Of a stretch of 64,000 bases of DNA, positions 36,717-47,515 are shown one piece after another; the stretch's first letter is position 1, and every line of letters starts with the position of its first letter. A program made the position numbers and the translations under genes. The DNA lies in the NCBI GenBank assembly GCA_964291495.2, contig OZ219871.1, positions 1,568,001-1,632,000 on the forward strand, in the 5' to 3' direction. This DNA is from Dehalococcoidia bacterium (GTDB lineage Bacteria; Chloroflexota; Dehalococcoidia; UBA2979). Below the pieces are notes generated by a model. It did no database searches and was not told the DNA's origin. It worked only from the letters and a program-made list of their open reading frames with translations.

Positions 36717-36823
36717 CAACTGCGCACAGTGATGGAGCACGGAACGTCGCACGGCACGGAGGGCGGCCCGGCGAGGATGCTGGATCGCCCCTCAACCAAG
36801 CGAGCGAGAGGGAGTGGACACGC

Positions 36824-38446
<1,623 letters not shown>

Positions 38447-38466
38447 CCCCGACTCAGGGCTCCAAC

Positions 38467-38499
38467 CCACGAGGGGCCGGCATCGCCGGCCCCTCGTGG
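38467..38499. terminator. Hairpin between convergent groEL and MFS genes
   Basis: Perfect 15-bp stem CCACGAGGGGCCGGC-ATC-GCCGGCCCCTCGTGG; no U-tract. Confidence 0.75.
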
Positions 38500-38522
38500 C
38501 GTCCGGGGGCAGGTGCTGTGGA

Positions 38523-40010
38523 TCAGTGCGCCTCCCACCAAGAACCCGGCGCCTCGCCGGATTCGCGGGGGCGGCGGCCGATCAGCCAGGTGAGGACGCC
38601 GGCGGCGACCATCACGAGGGCGGCGACGGCCCAGACCTCGCGGAAGGTCGCGACCTGCGCCTCGGCGACCAGCGCCGTGAACTCCGGCGACCCGAACTCG
38701 ATCGCGCCCGCCCGCGCGTAGAAGCGGCCGAGGCCGTTCGAGGTCAGCAGCGCCGCGCCGACCAGCATCCCCGCGACGCGGCTGAGCGTGAGCCAGGAGG
38801 CCGCCGTCGCGCGCTCGCCCTCGCGGACCTGGGCGAGGACGGCGGCGCTGAGCGGCGCGATCACGAGGCCGAAGCCGAAGCCGCCGGCGAGCTGCGGGAG
38901 GCTGCGCCAGGCCTCGCTCAGCTCGCGATCCCAGGCGAGTAGCCCGGCGAAGCCGAGCGCGCCGAGCCACATCCCGATCGTCGCCGTCGCGCGCAGGCCG
39001 ATCCGGCCCGCCAGCCAGCCGCCGGCGAGCGCGCCGGCCGGCACGGCGATCGTGAAGCGCAGCAGCGTCAGGCCTCCGTCGATCGGGCTCTCCACCAGTA
39101 CGAGGTTCACGAACAGCGGGACGCTGATCAGCATCGTGATCAGCCCGCCGCCGAGCAGCAGCGTCGCCGCGTTCGAGGCCCAGGCCGCGCGCGGCCGGAA
39201 CATCGCCAGCCTCAGCATCGGCTCGGGCGCGGCGCGCTGGCGCAGCAGGAAGGCGGCGCCCAGCGCCGCGACCACCGCGAACAGCAGCAGGGTCAGCGGC
39301 CAGGCGCGGCGCTCGAGCGGATCGTCGGCGAGGGTGATCGCGAGCAGCGCGAGGCCGAGCGCGAGCAGCGCCGCGCCGGGCCAGTCGATCGCGCCGCCAG
39401 CGCGCTCGCGTCCGGCCCAGCGCCAGGCGCCGAGCATGAAGGGCAGCGAGAGCGGGAGGTTGATCCAGAACACCCAGCGCCAGCCCAGCAGCTCCGTGAT
39501 CGCGCCGCCCCAGAGCGGTCCGACGAGCGCCCCCGCCTCCGAGGCGGCGGCGATCGCGCCGAGGCCGAGCAGGCGCCGCCCGGGCGGCAGCTCCGTGACG
39601 ACGATCGCCATCGCCACCGGCACGACCGCGCCGCCGCCGACGGCCTGGAGCGCCCTCGATGCGACGAGCCACTCGAAGCCGGGCGCGGCGGCGACGAGCG
39701 CGCTGCCCACCATGAACACCACCAGCGAGGCCGCGTAGATGCGCGCGTGCCCGTACACGTCGGCGATGCGCCCGACGATCGGCAGCGCCGCGATGTAACC
39801 GATCAGGTAGCCGTTGACGACCCAGGAGGCGAGGTAGAGATCGTCGACGGTGAGGCCGATGTCGCCGATCAGCGTGGGCAGCACGGTGACGACGGCGGTC
39901 TGGTCGTCGGCGGCGATGAAGACGCCGCCCGCGACCGCGATCAGCAGCCAGGTTCCTCGCCGGTCCCGCTCCTTGGGCGAAGCGCCGTGCGCCTCAGCGC
40001 GGCGGGACAA
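38523..40010 (-). CDS. MFS transporter, DHA2/P55-like
   Basis: AADDQTAVVTVLP, WVVNGYLIGY, GRIADVYG, RALQAVGGG, WRWVFWINLP; about 14 TM. Confidence 0.9.
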   Translation of the reverse strand: MSRRAEAHGASPKERDRRGTWLLIAVAGGVFIAADDQTAVVTVLPTLIGDIGLTVDDLYLASWVVNGYLIGYIAALPIVGRIADVYGHARIYAASLVVFMVGSALVAAAPGFEWLVASRALQAVGGGAVVPVAMAIVVTELPPGRRLLGLGAIAAASEAGALVGPLWGGAITELLGWRWVFWINLPLSLPFMLGAWRWAGRERAGGAIDWPGAALLALGLALLAITLADDPLERRAWPLTLLLFAVVAALGAAFLLRQRAAPEPMLRLAMFRPRAAWASNAATLLLGGGLITMLISVPLFVNLVLVESPIDGGLTLLRFTIAVPAGALAGGWLAGRIGLRATATIGMWLGALGFAGLLAWDRELSEAWRSLPQLAGGFGFGLVIAPLSAAVLAQVREGERATAASWLTLSRVAGMLVGAALLTSNGLGRFYARAGAIEFGSPEFTALVAEAQVATFREVWAVAALVMVAAGVLTWLIGRRPRESGEAPGSWWEAH

Positions 40011-40716
40011 TGTCCACGTCCTGATCGAAGTTGCTCAGGTCGAGCCGCCGCACGATCGTGTCGAGCTCGCTGGCGCTGATCGGCCCGTACAGCTCGATGC
40101 GGTGCACGAGTGGGTCGTCGACGCCGATCCAGACCTTCGCCCTGACCTCGAACCCCGCCTCGACGCCCCGGAAGAAGACCAGCTCGCCGGAGTCGGTGCT
40201 CGCCTCGACGACCCAGCAGTCGGCGCCGCGGAGGCTCTCGCGATCACCGAGGGCGGTCGCGGTCGCCGTGCGCATCAGGGCGACGGCGCCCTGCTGCGGG
40301 TCGAAGAGCGCGCTGACGGTGATCTCCTCGCGCTGCCAGCGTTGGGTGAGCGGGTTGCGGAGCCAGCCCTGGTCGGGGAGCACCACGATGCCGGTCTCGA
40401 ACGCGAGCGTGCCGAGGCGGCCGTCGATCTCCGCCTGCAGCCGATCCTCGCCGGCGATGTCGCCCTCGGCGCGCACCATCTCGATGCCCTGCACGATCTC
40501 GCTCGTGCCGTTCTCGTGTTCGAGCACGAAGTGGAACTTCTCGACGGCGCCCATGCGGTCGGCGGCGGCGAGCATCAGCTGGGCGGGGTCCGGCAGTGCC
40601 TCGGTCGGCGTCGGCGTCGGCGTCGGGGCTGGCTCCTCCTCGCCCGGGCAGGCGACGAGCAGCAGCGCGGTCGCCACGAGGACGGCGAGCGCCGCGAGGC
40701 GCGCGCGGGCGCTCAC
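39994..40716 (-). CDS. LppX/LprAFG-like lipoprotein
   Basis: Lipobox LVAC, PT linker, FHFVL, LFDPQQG, VWIG, LSNFDQDVDIVPP. Confidence 0.8.
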   Translation of the reverse strand: MSARARLAALAVLVATALLLVACPGEEEPAPTPTPTPTEALPDPAQLMLAAADRMGAVEKFHFVLEHENGTSEIVQGIEMVRAEGDIAGEDRLQAEIDGRLGTLAFETGIVVLPDQGWLRNPLTQRWQREEITVSALFDPQQGAVALMRTATATALGDRESLRGADCWVVEASTDSGELVFFRGVEAGFEVRAKVWIGVDDPLVHRIELYGPISASELDTIVRRLDLSNFDQDVDIVPPR

Positions 40717-41765
40717 CGCGCCACCACCAGCGGCGGCCCGGCCTCGGCGCGCCCGATTCGCCAGCAGCCGCCCGTCTGCGCCTCGATCTCGAGCCGCAAT
40801 GCCTCAGCGCCGTCCGCGGGCAGCGCGATCAGCAGGCCGCCCGAGGTCTGCGGGTCGTACAGCAGATCGATGATCGCGTCGGACGGATCGCCCTCGATTC
40901 GGACGCGATCGCCGAGGCCGTCGCGGTTGCGCGCGCCGCCGCCCGTCGCGCCGCCGAGTTCGGCGAAGCGCTCCGCGCCGGGCAGCAGCGGCAGCGCGGC
41001 GAGGTCGAGGGCGAGCGTGACGCCGCTCTGCGAGGCGATCTCGGCGGCGTGGCCGGCGAGCCCGAAGCCCGTCACGTCCGTCATCGCGTGCACGCCCGCC
41101 GCCCGCGCGAGGTGCGCGGCGTGGCGGTTGAGCTGCGTCATCGAGGCGACCGCGGCCTCGAGGCCTTCCTCGAAGCCGTCGCGCTGCTGCCCGGCGGCGC
41201 TCATCACGATGCCGGTGCCGAGCGGCTTGGTCAGCAGCAGCGCGTCGCCGGGCTGCGCGCCACTGGTCCGGATCACGGCGTCCGGGTGGATCACGCCCAT
41301 CACGGACAGCCCGTACTTCGGCTCCGCGTCGATCACCGTGTGGCCGCCGGCGATCACGCCGCCGGCCTCGGCGACGGCGTCCGCGCCGCCTCGGAAGATC
41401 TCGGCGAGCAGCGAGGGGTCGAGGTCGTCCGGGAAGGCGGCGATGTTCAGCGCGAGGCGCACCTCGCCGCCCATCGCGTAGACGTCGGACATCGCGTTCG
41501 CAGCGGCGATGCGGCCGTAGTCGTAGGGGTCGTCGACGACCGGCGGGAAGAAGTCGAGCGTCTGGATCACCGCGAGATCGTCGCTCAGCCGGTAGATCGC
41601 GGCGTCATCCGGGCGCGCGAGGCCGACGAGCAGCTCCGGGTGCTCGTTCGCGGCGAACGTCTCCTGCAGCGGGCGCAGCACCTGCGCCAGGGTCGAGAGA
41701 CCCAGCTTGCCCGCTCAGCCGCCGCAGGATGCGAGGTCGGTGAGCCGAATCTGCTCCCGAGTCAC
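40713..41765 (-). CDS. selD: Selenide, water dikinase SelD, selenocysteine-containing (UGA at codon 17)
   Basis: GGAGG, then GTG 41765: MTREQIRLTDLASCGG-UGA-AGKLG, in frame with DDAAIY, TLDFFPPVVDDPYDYG, GGHT, TDVTGFGLAGH, DPQTSGGLL. Confidence 0.92.
41668..41714 (-). promoter_or_regulatory. Candidate bacterial SECIS downstream of the selD UGA
   Basis: Hairpins GGGUC-UCUC-GACCC (41690-41703) and GCGCAG-GUG-CUGCGC (41673-41687) within 42 nt of the UGA. Confidence 0.5.
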
Positions 41766-41869
41766 GCCCGGACCTCCGTCCCGCCTCGGCGCGATCGCGC
41801 CGTGCGGGACCATCCTACGACGGGCGCGGGCGCTACGATGGCCGCCGCAGCGGATCTTCGGGAGGAGAC

Positions 41870-42556
41870 GTGGTGGCTGGAGCGCAGTGGCGGCCATCCG
41901 AGCTGATCGCGATCCTCGGTGAGGCGTACGGGCGCGTCGAGGCGCGCCCGCACCACGACGCGATCTCCGAGCTGGTGCTGACCCTGCTCTCGCAGAACAC
42001 CTCGGACCACAACTCCGGCCACGCCTTCCACCGCCTGCTCGAGCGCTTTGCGAGCTGGGACGAGGTGATCGACGCGCCGACGTCCGAGGTGGAGGACGCG
42101 ATCCGCCCGGGCGGGCTCGCGCCGACGAAGGCGCCGCGCATCCAGGCCCTGCTCGCCGAGGTGCGCGAGCAGGCCCCCGGCTACGACCTCGGATTCCTCG
42201 AGACGATGTCGCTGGAGGAGGCCAAGGCGTGGCTGCGCGCGCTGCCGGGCGTGGGTCCGAAGACGGCGGCGATCGTGCTGCTGTTCGCCCTCGGACGGCC
42301 CGCGCTGCCGGTCGACACGCACGTCGAACGAGTGGCGAAGCGCCTCGGCCTCGCCCCCGCTCGCATGCCGGTCGTGAAGGTGCACGACGAGCTGGAGGCG
42401 CAGCTCGAGCCGGGCGAGATGTATCCCTTCCACGTCGACCTGATCCAGCACGGCCGCCGCACCTGCCACGCCCGCTCACCCGGCTGCGGGCGCTGCCTGC
42501 TGCTGGAGCGCTGCCCGCGCGTCGGGCTGCCGCCCCTTCCCGGCGAGGGCGCGTAG
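41870..42556 (+). CDS. nth: Endonuclease III family (HhH-GPD, 4Fe-4S) glycosylase
   Basis: LLSQNTSD, LPGVGPKTA, PVDTHV.RV, C-x6-C-x2-C-x5-C. Confidence 0.88.
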   Translation: MVAGAQWRPSELIAILGEAYGRVEARPHHDAISELVLTLLSQNTSDHNSGHAFHRLLERFASWDEVIDAPTSEVEDAIRPGGLAPTKAPRIQALLAEVREQAPGYDLGFLETMSLEEAKAWLRALPGVGPKTAAIVLLFALGRPALPVDTHVERVAKRLGLAPARMPVVKVHDELEAQLEPGEMYPFHVDLIQHGRRTCHARSPGCGRCLLLERCPRVGLPPLPGEGA

Positions 42557-42636
42557 CGTCCCCGGCGCTCGCTCTGTCGCCCGCTGTCGAAGCCTCGGAT
42601 ACACTCGCCGATCGGACCGAAGTGAGGGATCCGGGC

Positions 42637-43869
42637 GTGGTAGACGTCGACTCGCAACCGCAGCTGGAGGAGCTTCCGGGCGGCCTGACCGCGCCCGCGG
42701 GCTGGACCGCCGGAGGCACGTACACCGGCATCCGCAGCTACGGCCCGGAGCCGCGCTTCGACCTCGGACTGCTGCTCTCCGAGCGGCCGGCGACCGCCGC
42801 CGCGCTCTTCACCCGCAACGCCGTCGTCGGCGCCCCGGTCACGCTCACGCGCGCGCGCGTCGCGCGAGGCGTCGCGCGGGCCCTCGTCGTCAACTCGGGC
42901 AACTCGAACGTCGCCACCGGCGCGGCCGGCGAGGCCGACGCGGAGCGCATGGCGGAGCTCGCGGCGGCGGCGCTCGGCGTCGATCCGGCCGACGTGCTCG
43001 TCGCCTCGACCGGCGTGATCGGCCGCCGCCTGCCGATGGACCGCATCGAGGCCGGCATCGCCGCCGTCGAGCTGAGCCGCGAGGGCGGCGCGCAGTTCGC
43101 GCGCGCGATGATGACGACCGACACGCGCCCCAAGGAGCACGCGCTGCGCGTCGAGGCGGGCGGACGCGCCTACATCGTGGGTGGCGCGGCCAAGGGCGCG
43201 GGCATGATCCACCCGGACATGGCGACGATGTTCGGCTTCCTCACCACCGACGCCCCGGTCGAGCGCGACTGGCTGCAGGACACCCTCCGCGAGGTCACCG
43301 ACCGCTCCTTCAACATGATCGACGTGGACATGGACACCTCCACCTCGGACATGGTGATCGCCCTCGCGAACGGCGCCGCAGGCGGCGAGCCGATCGCCGC
43401 CGGGCACCCCGCCGCCGCGCCGCTGGCGAGCGCCATCGAGGCGGTCGCGGTGCGGCTCGCGCGCGAGCTGGCGCGCGACGGCGAGGGCGCGCGCACGCTG
43501 ATCGAGGTGGTCGCGGAGGGGGCGGCCTCGGACGCGGACGCGCGGATCGCGGCCCGCACGATCAGCGCCTCGCCGCTCGTCAAGACGATGATCACCGGCC
43601 GCGACCCGAACTGGGGCCGCGTGCTGATGGCGGCCGGCCGCTCCGGCGCGGCGCTCGACCTCGACCGTACCGAGGTCTGGATCGGCGAGTTCTGCGCCTT
43701 CGAGCAGGGCGCGCCGACCGCGACGCCGGAGGCCGACATCTCCGCGGCGATGGACCGCGACGAGGTCCAGATCCGCATCGACCTCGGCTGCGGCGAGGCG
43801 AGCGCGACCGCCTGGGGCTGCGATCTGACCGAGGAGTACGTGCGCATCAACGCGGACTACACGACATGA
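42637..43869 (+). CDS. argJ: Ornithine acetyltransferase ArgJ
   Basis: VVNSGNSN, STGVIG, MTTDT, KGAGMIHPDMATM, ARDGEGA, DPNWGR, YVRINADYTT. Confidence 0.95.
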   Translation: MVDVDSQPQLEELPGGLTAPAGWTAGGTYTGIRSYGPEPRFDLGLLLSERPATAAALFTRNAVVGAPVTLTRARVARGVARALVVNSGNSNVATGAAGEADAERMAELAAAALGVDPADVLVASTGVIGRRLPMDRIEAGIAAVELSREGGAQFARAMMTTDTRPKEHALRVEAGGRAYIVGGAAKGAGMIHPDMATMFGFLTTDAPVERDWLQDTLREVTDRSFNMIDVDMDTSTSDMVIALANGAAGGEPIAAGHPAAAPLASAIEAVAVRLARELARDGEGARTLIEVVAEGAASDADARIAARTISASPLVKTMITGRDPNWGRVLMAAGRSGAALDLDRTEVWIGEFCAFEQGAPTATPEADISAAMDRDEVQIRIDLGCGEASATAWGCDLTEEYVRINADYTT

Positions 43870-44648
43870 GCTCCGCCGCGTCCGGGCAGGGCCCCATCGT
43901 GGTCAAGATCGGCGGCTCCACGCTCGGCGACGAGGACACCACGCTCGAGGACGTCGTCGCCCTGCGCGCGCGGGGTGAGCGCGTCGTCGTCGTGCATGGC
44001 GGCGGCGCGATGATCACGGACTGGCTCGACCGCCTCGAGGTGCCCTCGGTGTTCATCGAGGGGCTGCGATCGACGAGCGAGGAGGCGCTGGACGTGGTGA
44101 TCGGCGTGCTGCGTGGCGTGGTCAACACGCGCTTCGTCGCCGCGATCGAGCGCCTCGGCGGCAGCGCGACGGGCGTCTCCGGCGTGGACGGCGGGCTGGT
44201 CCAGGCGCGCCGGAACGACGAGCGGCTCGGCTTCGTCGGCGAGGTGACGGGCATCGACGGCGAGGCGCTGGGCGCGCTCCTCGAGGGCGACGCGACGCCC
44301 GTGATCGCGCCGATCGGGCTGGAGCCGCCGGGGCAGCCGCTGAACATCAACGCCGACACCGTCGCCGGGGAGATCGCGCGCGCCGCCGGCGCGGGCAGCC
44401 TGGTCTTCCTCACCGACGTCGACGGGGTGCTCGATGGCGACGGAACGCTGGTCGAGGAGCTCGACGCGTCGGGCGCGGCCGCGCTGCGCGAAGCGGGCAT
44501 CCTGGACGGTGGTATGATTCCGAAGATCGACGCCGCCCTCCGCGCCGCGGAGCGCGGTGTTGTGGCGCATGTGGCCAATGGCCGCCTTCCGCATACACTG
44601 GAACGGATCGCCTCCGGGGAGGCCCCGGGCACGCGAGTGAGGAGCTGA
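43866..44648 (+). CDS. argB: Acetylglutamate kinase
   Basis: VVKIGGS, VVVHGGG, NINADT, LTDVDGV, GGMIPK. Confidence 0.95.
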   Translation: MSSAASGQGPIVVKIGGSTLGDEDTTLEDVVALRARGERVVVVHGGGAMITDWLDRLEVPSVFIEGLRSTSEEALDVVIGVLRGVVNTRFVAAIERLGGSATGVSGVDGGLVQARRNDERLGFVGEVTGIDGEALGALLEGDATPVIAPIGLEPPGQPLNINADTVAGEIARAAGAGSLVFLTDVDGVLDGDGTLVEELDASGAAALREAGILDGGMIPKIDAALRAAERGVVAHVANGRLPHTLERIASGEAPGTRVRS

Positions 44649-44650
44649 AA

Positions 44651-47440
44651 CTGGGCTTCTTCGACGACCGCGACGACCGCGATGATCTGGGCCCGCCGCC
44701 CGAACCGTTCCGCATCGGCGGATCGGGCTTCCGCTCCCCCGTGCCCCTGCGCTGGGTCGGTGTCGCCGCCGCGTTCGTCGTGCTGTTCGTCGTCGCCAGC
44801 TGGGCGAAGTCGATCTACGTCGACTTCCTCTGGTTCGAGTCGGTCGAGTACGAGGGCAACTTCCGGCGCGTCCTGACGGCGCGCATCGCGCTGCTCGCGA
44901 TCGGCACCGTCGTCTCCGCGCTCGTGCTCGGGCTCAACCTCTGGCTGGCCCGCCGCCTCGCCCCGCAGGGCGTCGAGGAATCGTTCATCGAGGACATCGA
45001 CGCGACGGCGATCCGCCGCGTCGTCACGGTCGGTCTGACGGCGCTGACGATCTTCATCGCGATCATCTTCGGCGGCGTGGCGGCGGGGTCGTGGGAGACG
45101 ATCCTGATCTGGCTCAACGGCGTGGAGTTCGGCATCGAGGAACCGGCGTTCGGGCGCGACGTCTCCTTCTACCTCTTCACCCTGCCGGCCTACCACCTGA
45201 TCCAGGGCTGGGTGCTCTCGCTGCTGGTGCTCTCCGTGCTGGGGGCGGGCGCGGTCTACGGGCTGACGTTCTCCTTGCAGCGCTTCGAGGTGCGCATGAC
45301 GCGCGGGATGCGCATCCACCTCTCGCTGCTTGGCGGGCTGATCCTGCTCGTGATCGCCTTTGGATCGTACCTCGGCGTGTTCGACCTCGTGACTTCGCCG
45401 GGCGGGATCGTGACGGGGGCGACGTTCACGGACATCAACGCGCGGCTGCCGGCGCGCTACGTGCTGGTCGCGCTCGGGGCCGTCGCCGGGCTGGTCACGA
45501 TCGCCAACTCGGTGCTCAGCAACAGCTGGCGCGCGCCCGCCTTCTTCGTCAGCCTCTGGGTGGTTGCCGGCATCGTCGGCGGGCTCATCTACCCCTCCTT
45601 CGTCCAGTCCTTCCAGGTCGACCCCAACGAGCTGGAGAAGGAGCAGCGCTTCATCGGCCGCAACATCGAGGGCACCCGCCTCGCCTGGGGTCTCAACGAG
45701 GTCGTCGAGACCACCTTCCCCGCCGAGCCGTCCGTGACCGAGGCGGAGCTCAGCGCCAACCAGGCGACGCTCGACAATGTGCGGCTGCTCGACCCGCGGC
45801 CGATGCGAGACACGTTCAACCAGATCCAGTCGATCCGGCCGCTCTACCAGTTCGACGACATCGACGTCGATCGCTACACGATCAACGACAACTTGCAGCA
45901 GGTGATGCTGGCGCCGCGTGAACTCGACCTGCGGCGCGCCACCCAGACCGGCGGGTCCGGCTGGACGCAGCAGAGGCTGCAGTTCACCCACGGCTACGGC
46001 GCGGTCGTCGCGCGTGTCAACGAGGTCACGGACGAGGGCCTGCCGGTCCTCATCACCCGCGACATCCCGCCCGTCGGCGAGGACATTCCGATCTCGGAGA
46101 GCGGCGCCCGCATCTACTTCGGCGAGCTGACCAATCACTACGTGATCGTCAACACGAACGAGCCGGAGTTCGATTACCCGACGGGCGACACAACCGTCGA
46201 GACGTTCTACGAGCCGGATCGCGGCATCGCGCTCTCCAGCATCCTGCGGCGCTTCGCGCTGGCCTGGGAGCTGGGCGATCGGAACGTGCTGATCTCCGGT
46301 CAGCTGAACTCCGACTCGCGGTTGCTGATCCACCGCGCACTCGGCGACCGCATCCGCAAGGTGGCGCCGTTCCTCGAGCTGGATTCGGACCCCTACCTGG
46401 TGGTGATCGACGGCGAGCTGACGTGGATCCAGGACGCCTACACGACGTCCGGGAGCTTCCCCTACTCGCAGCACGTCGGATCCATCAACTACGTGCGCAA
46501 CAGCGTGAAGGTCGTCGTCGACGCGCAGACCGGCGACCTGACCTTCTACCTGATCGACGAGGACGACCCGATCGTCCAGACGTGGGCGAAGATCTTCCCG
46601 GACATGTTCACGCCCTCCAGCGAGATGCCGCAGTCGCTCCGCCAGCACCTGCGCTACCCGGAGGACCTGTTCCGGCTGCAGGCCGAGCAGTACCTGCGCT
46701 ACCACATCCAGGATCCCCGCACCTTCTTCATCGGCGAGGACCTCTGGGCCGTGCCCACGGAGAAGTTCCGCCAGCAAGAGCAGCCGCTCGAGCCGTACTA
46801 CGTGATCATGAAGCTGCCCGGCGAGGAGACCGAGGAGTTCTCGCTGATCCTGCCGTTCACGCCGCGCAACAAGCAGAACACCATCGCCTGGCTTGCCGGG
46901 CGCTCGGACGGCGACAACCTCGGCAAGCTGCGCGCCTACCGCTTCCCCACCGACGACCTCGTCTTCGGGCCGGCGCAGATCGAGGCGCGCATCGACCAGG
47001 ATCCGGGCATCTCCGCGCAGCTCACGCTGTGGGAGGGCGCGGGCTCCGAGGTGATCCGCGGCAACCTGCTGATGATCCCGATCGGCGAGTCGTTCCTCTT
47101 CATCGAGCCGATCTATCTGCAGGCGGACAGCTCGCGCATTCCCGAACTGCGCCGCGTGGTGGTGGCGAACGGCAACAACATCGCCATGGAGCGGACCTTC
47201 GAGCGCTCGCTGGACGTGGTCTTCGGCCGCCGCGCGTCGAGCCTGCCGGGCAGCGACGGCACTATCGTGCCGCAGCCGGCGGGCGGCGGCGATGACTCCG
47301 GCGACGCCAGGCCGGTGGCGCCCTCGGGCGACTTCGACGAGTTGCTGCGCCAGGCGCAGGAGGCGGCGGACGCCGCCCAGGCGGAGCTGGACCGGCTGCG
47401 CGCGATCCTCGAGCGGCTCGAGCAGAGCGAGTCCCAGTAG
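44651..47440 (+). CDS. UPF0182 family membrane protein (probable CTG start at 44651; first standard start GTG 44741)
   Basis: DFLWF, FGRDVSFY.F.LP, PNELEKE, FTHGYG, RIYFGE, VAPFL..DSDPY, NYVRNSVK, VIRGNLL. Confidence 0.9.
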   Translation: MGFFDDRDDRDDLGPPPEPFRIGGSGFRSPVPLRWVGVAAAFVVLFVVASWAKSIYVDFLWFESVEYEGNFRRVLTARIALLAIGTVVSALVLGLNLWLARRLAPQGVEESFIEDIDATAIRRVVTVGLTALTIFIAIIFGGVAAGSWETILIWLNGVEFGIEEPAFGRDVSFYLFTLPAYHLIQGWVLSLLVLSVLGAGAVYGLTFSLQRFEVRMTRGMRIHLSLLGGLILLVIAFGSYLGVFDLVTSPGGIVTGATFTDINARLPARYVLVALGAVAGLVTIANSVLSNSWRAPAFFVSLWVVAGIVGGLIYPSFVQSFQVDPNELEKEQRFIGRNIEGTRLAWGLNEVVETTFPAEPSVTEAELSANQATLDNVRLLDPRPMRDTFNQIQSIRPLYQFDDIDVDRYTINDNLQQVMLAPRELDLRRATQTGGSGWTQQRLQFTHGYGAVVARVNEVTDEGLPVLITRDIPPVGEDIPISESGARIYFGELTNHYVIVNTNEPEFDYPTGDTTVETFYEPDRGIALSSILRRFALAWELGDRNVLISGQLNSDSRLLIHRALGDRIRKVAPFLELDSDPYLVVIDGELTWIQDAYTTSGSFPYSQHVGSINYVRNSVKVVVDAQTGDLTFYLIDEDDPIVQTWAKIFPDMFTPSSEMPQSLRQHLRYPEDLFRLQAEQYLRYHIQDPRTFFIGEDLWAVPTEKFRQQEQPLEPYYVIMKLPGEETEEFSLILPFTPRNKQNTIAWLAGRSDGDNLGKLRAYRFPTDDLVFGPAQIEARIDQDPGISAQLTLWEGAGSEVIRGNLLMIPIGESFLFIEPIYLQADSSRIPELRRVVVANGNNIAMERTFERSLDVVFGRRASSLPGSDGTIVPQPAGGGDDSGDARPVAPSGDFDELLRQAQEAADAAQAELDRLRAILERLEQSESQ

Positions 47441-47515
47441 CGCGCCGACAGACCGCGCCCGGCCGCACACGGACGGCGTGACGACAGCGGAAGCGATCAG
47501 CACGGGAGCGTACGC

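Noticed and set aside
40713-41765. selD as a truncated gene or pseudogene
   Set aside because: The TGA falls exactly on the catalytic Cys/Sec17 with conserved sequence on both sides, so recoding is more parsimonious.
42557-42636. ARG box upstream of argJ
   Set aside because: No AT-rich TGAAT..ATTCA-like palindrome present.
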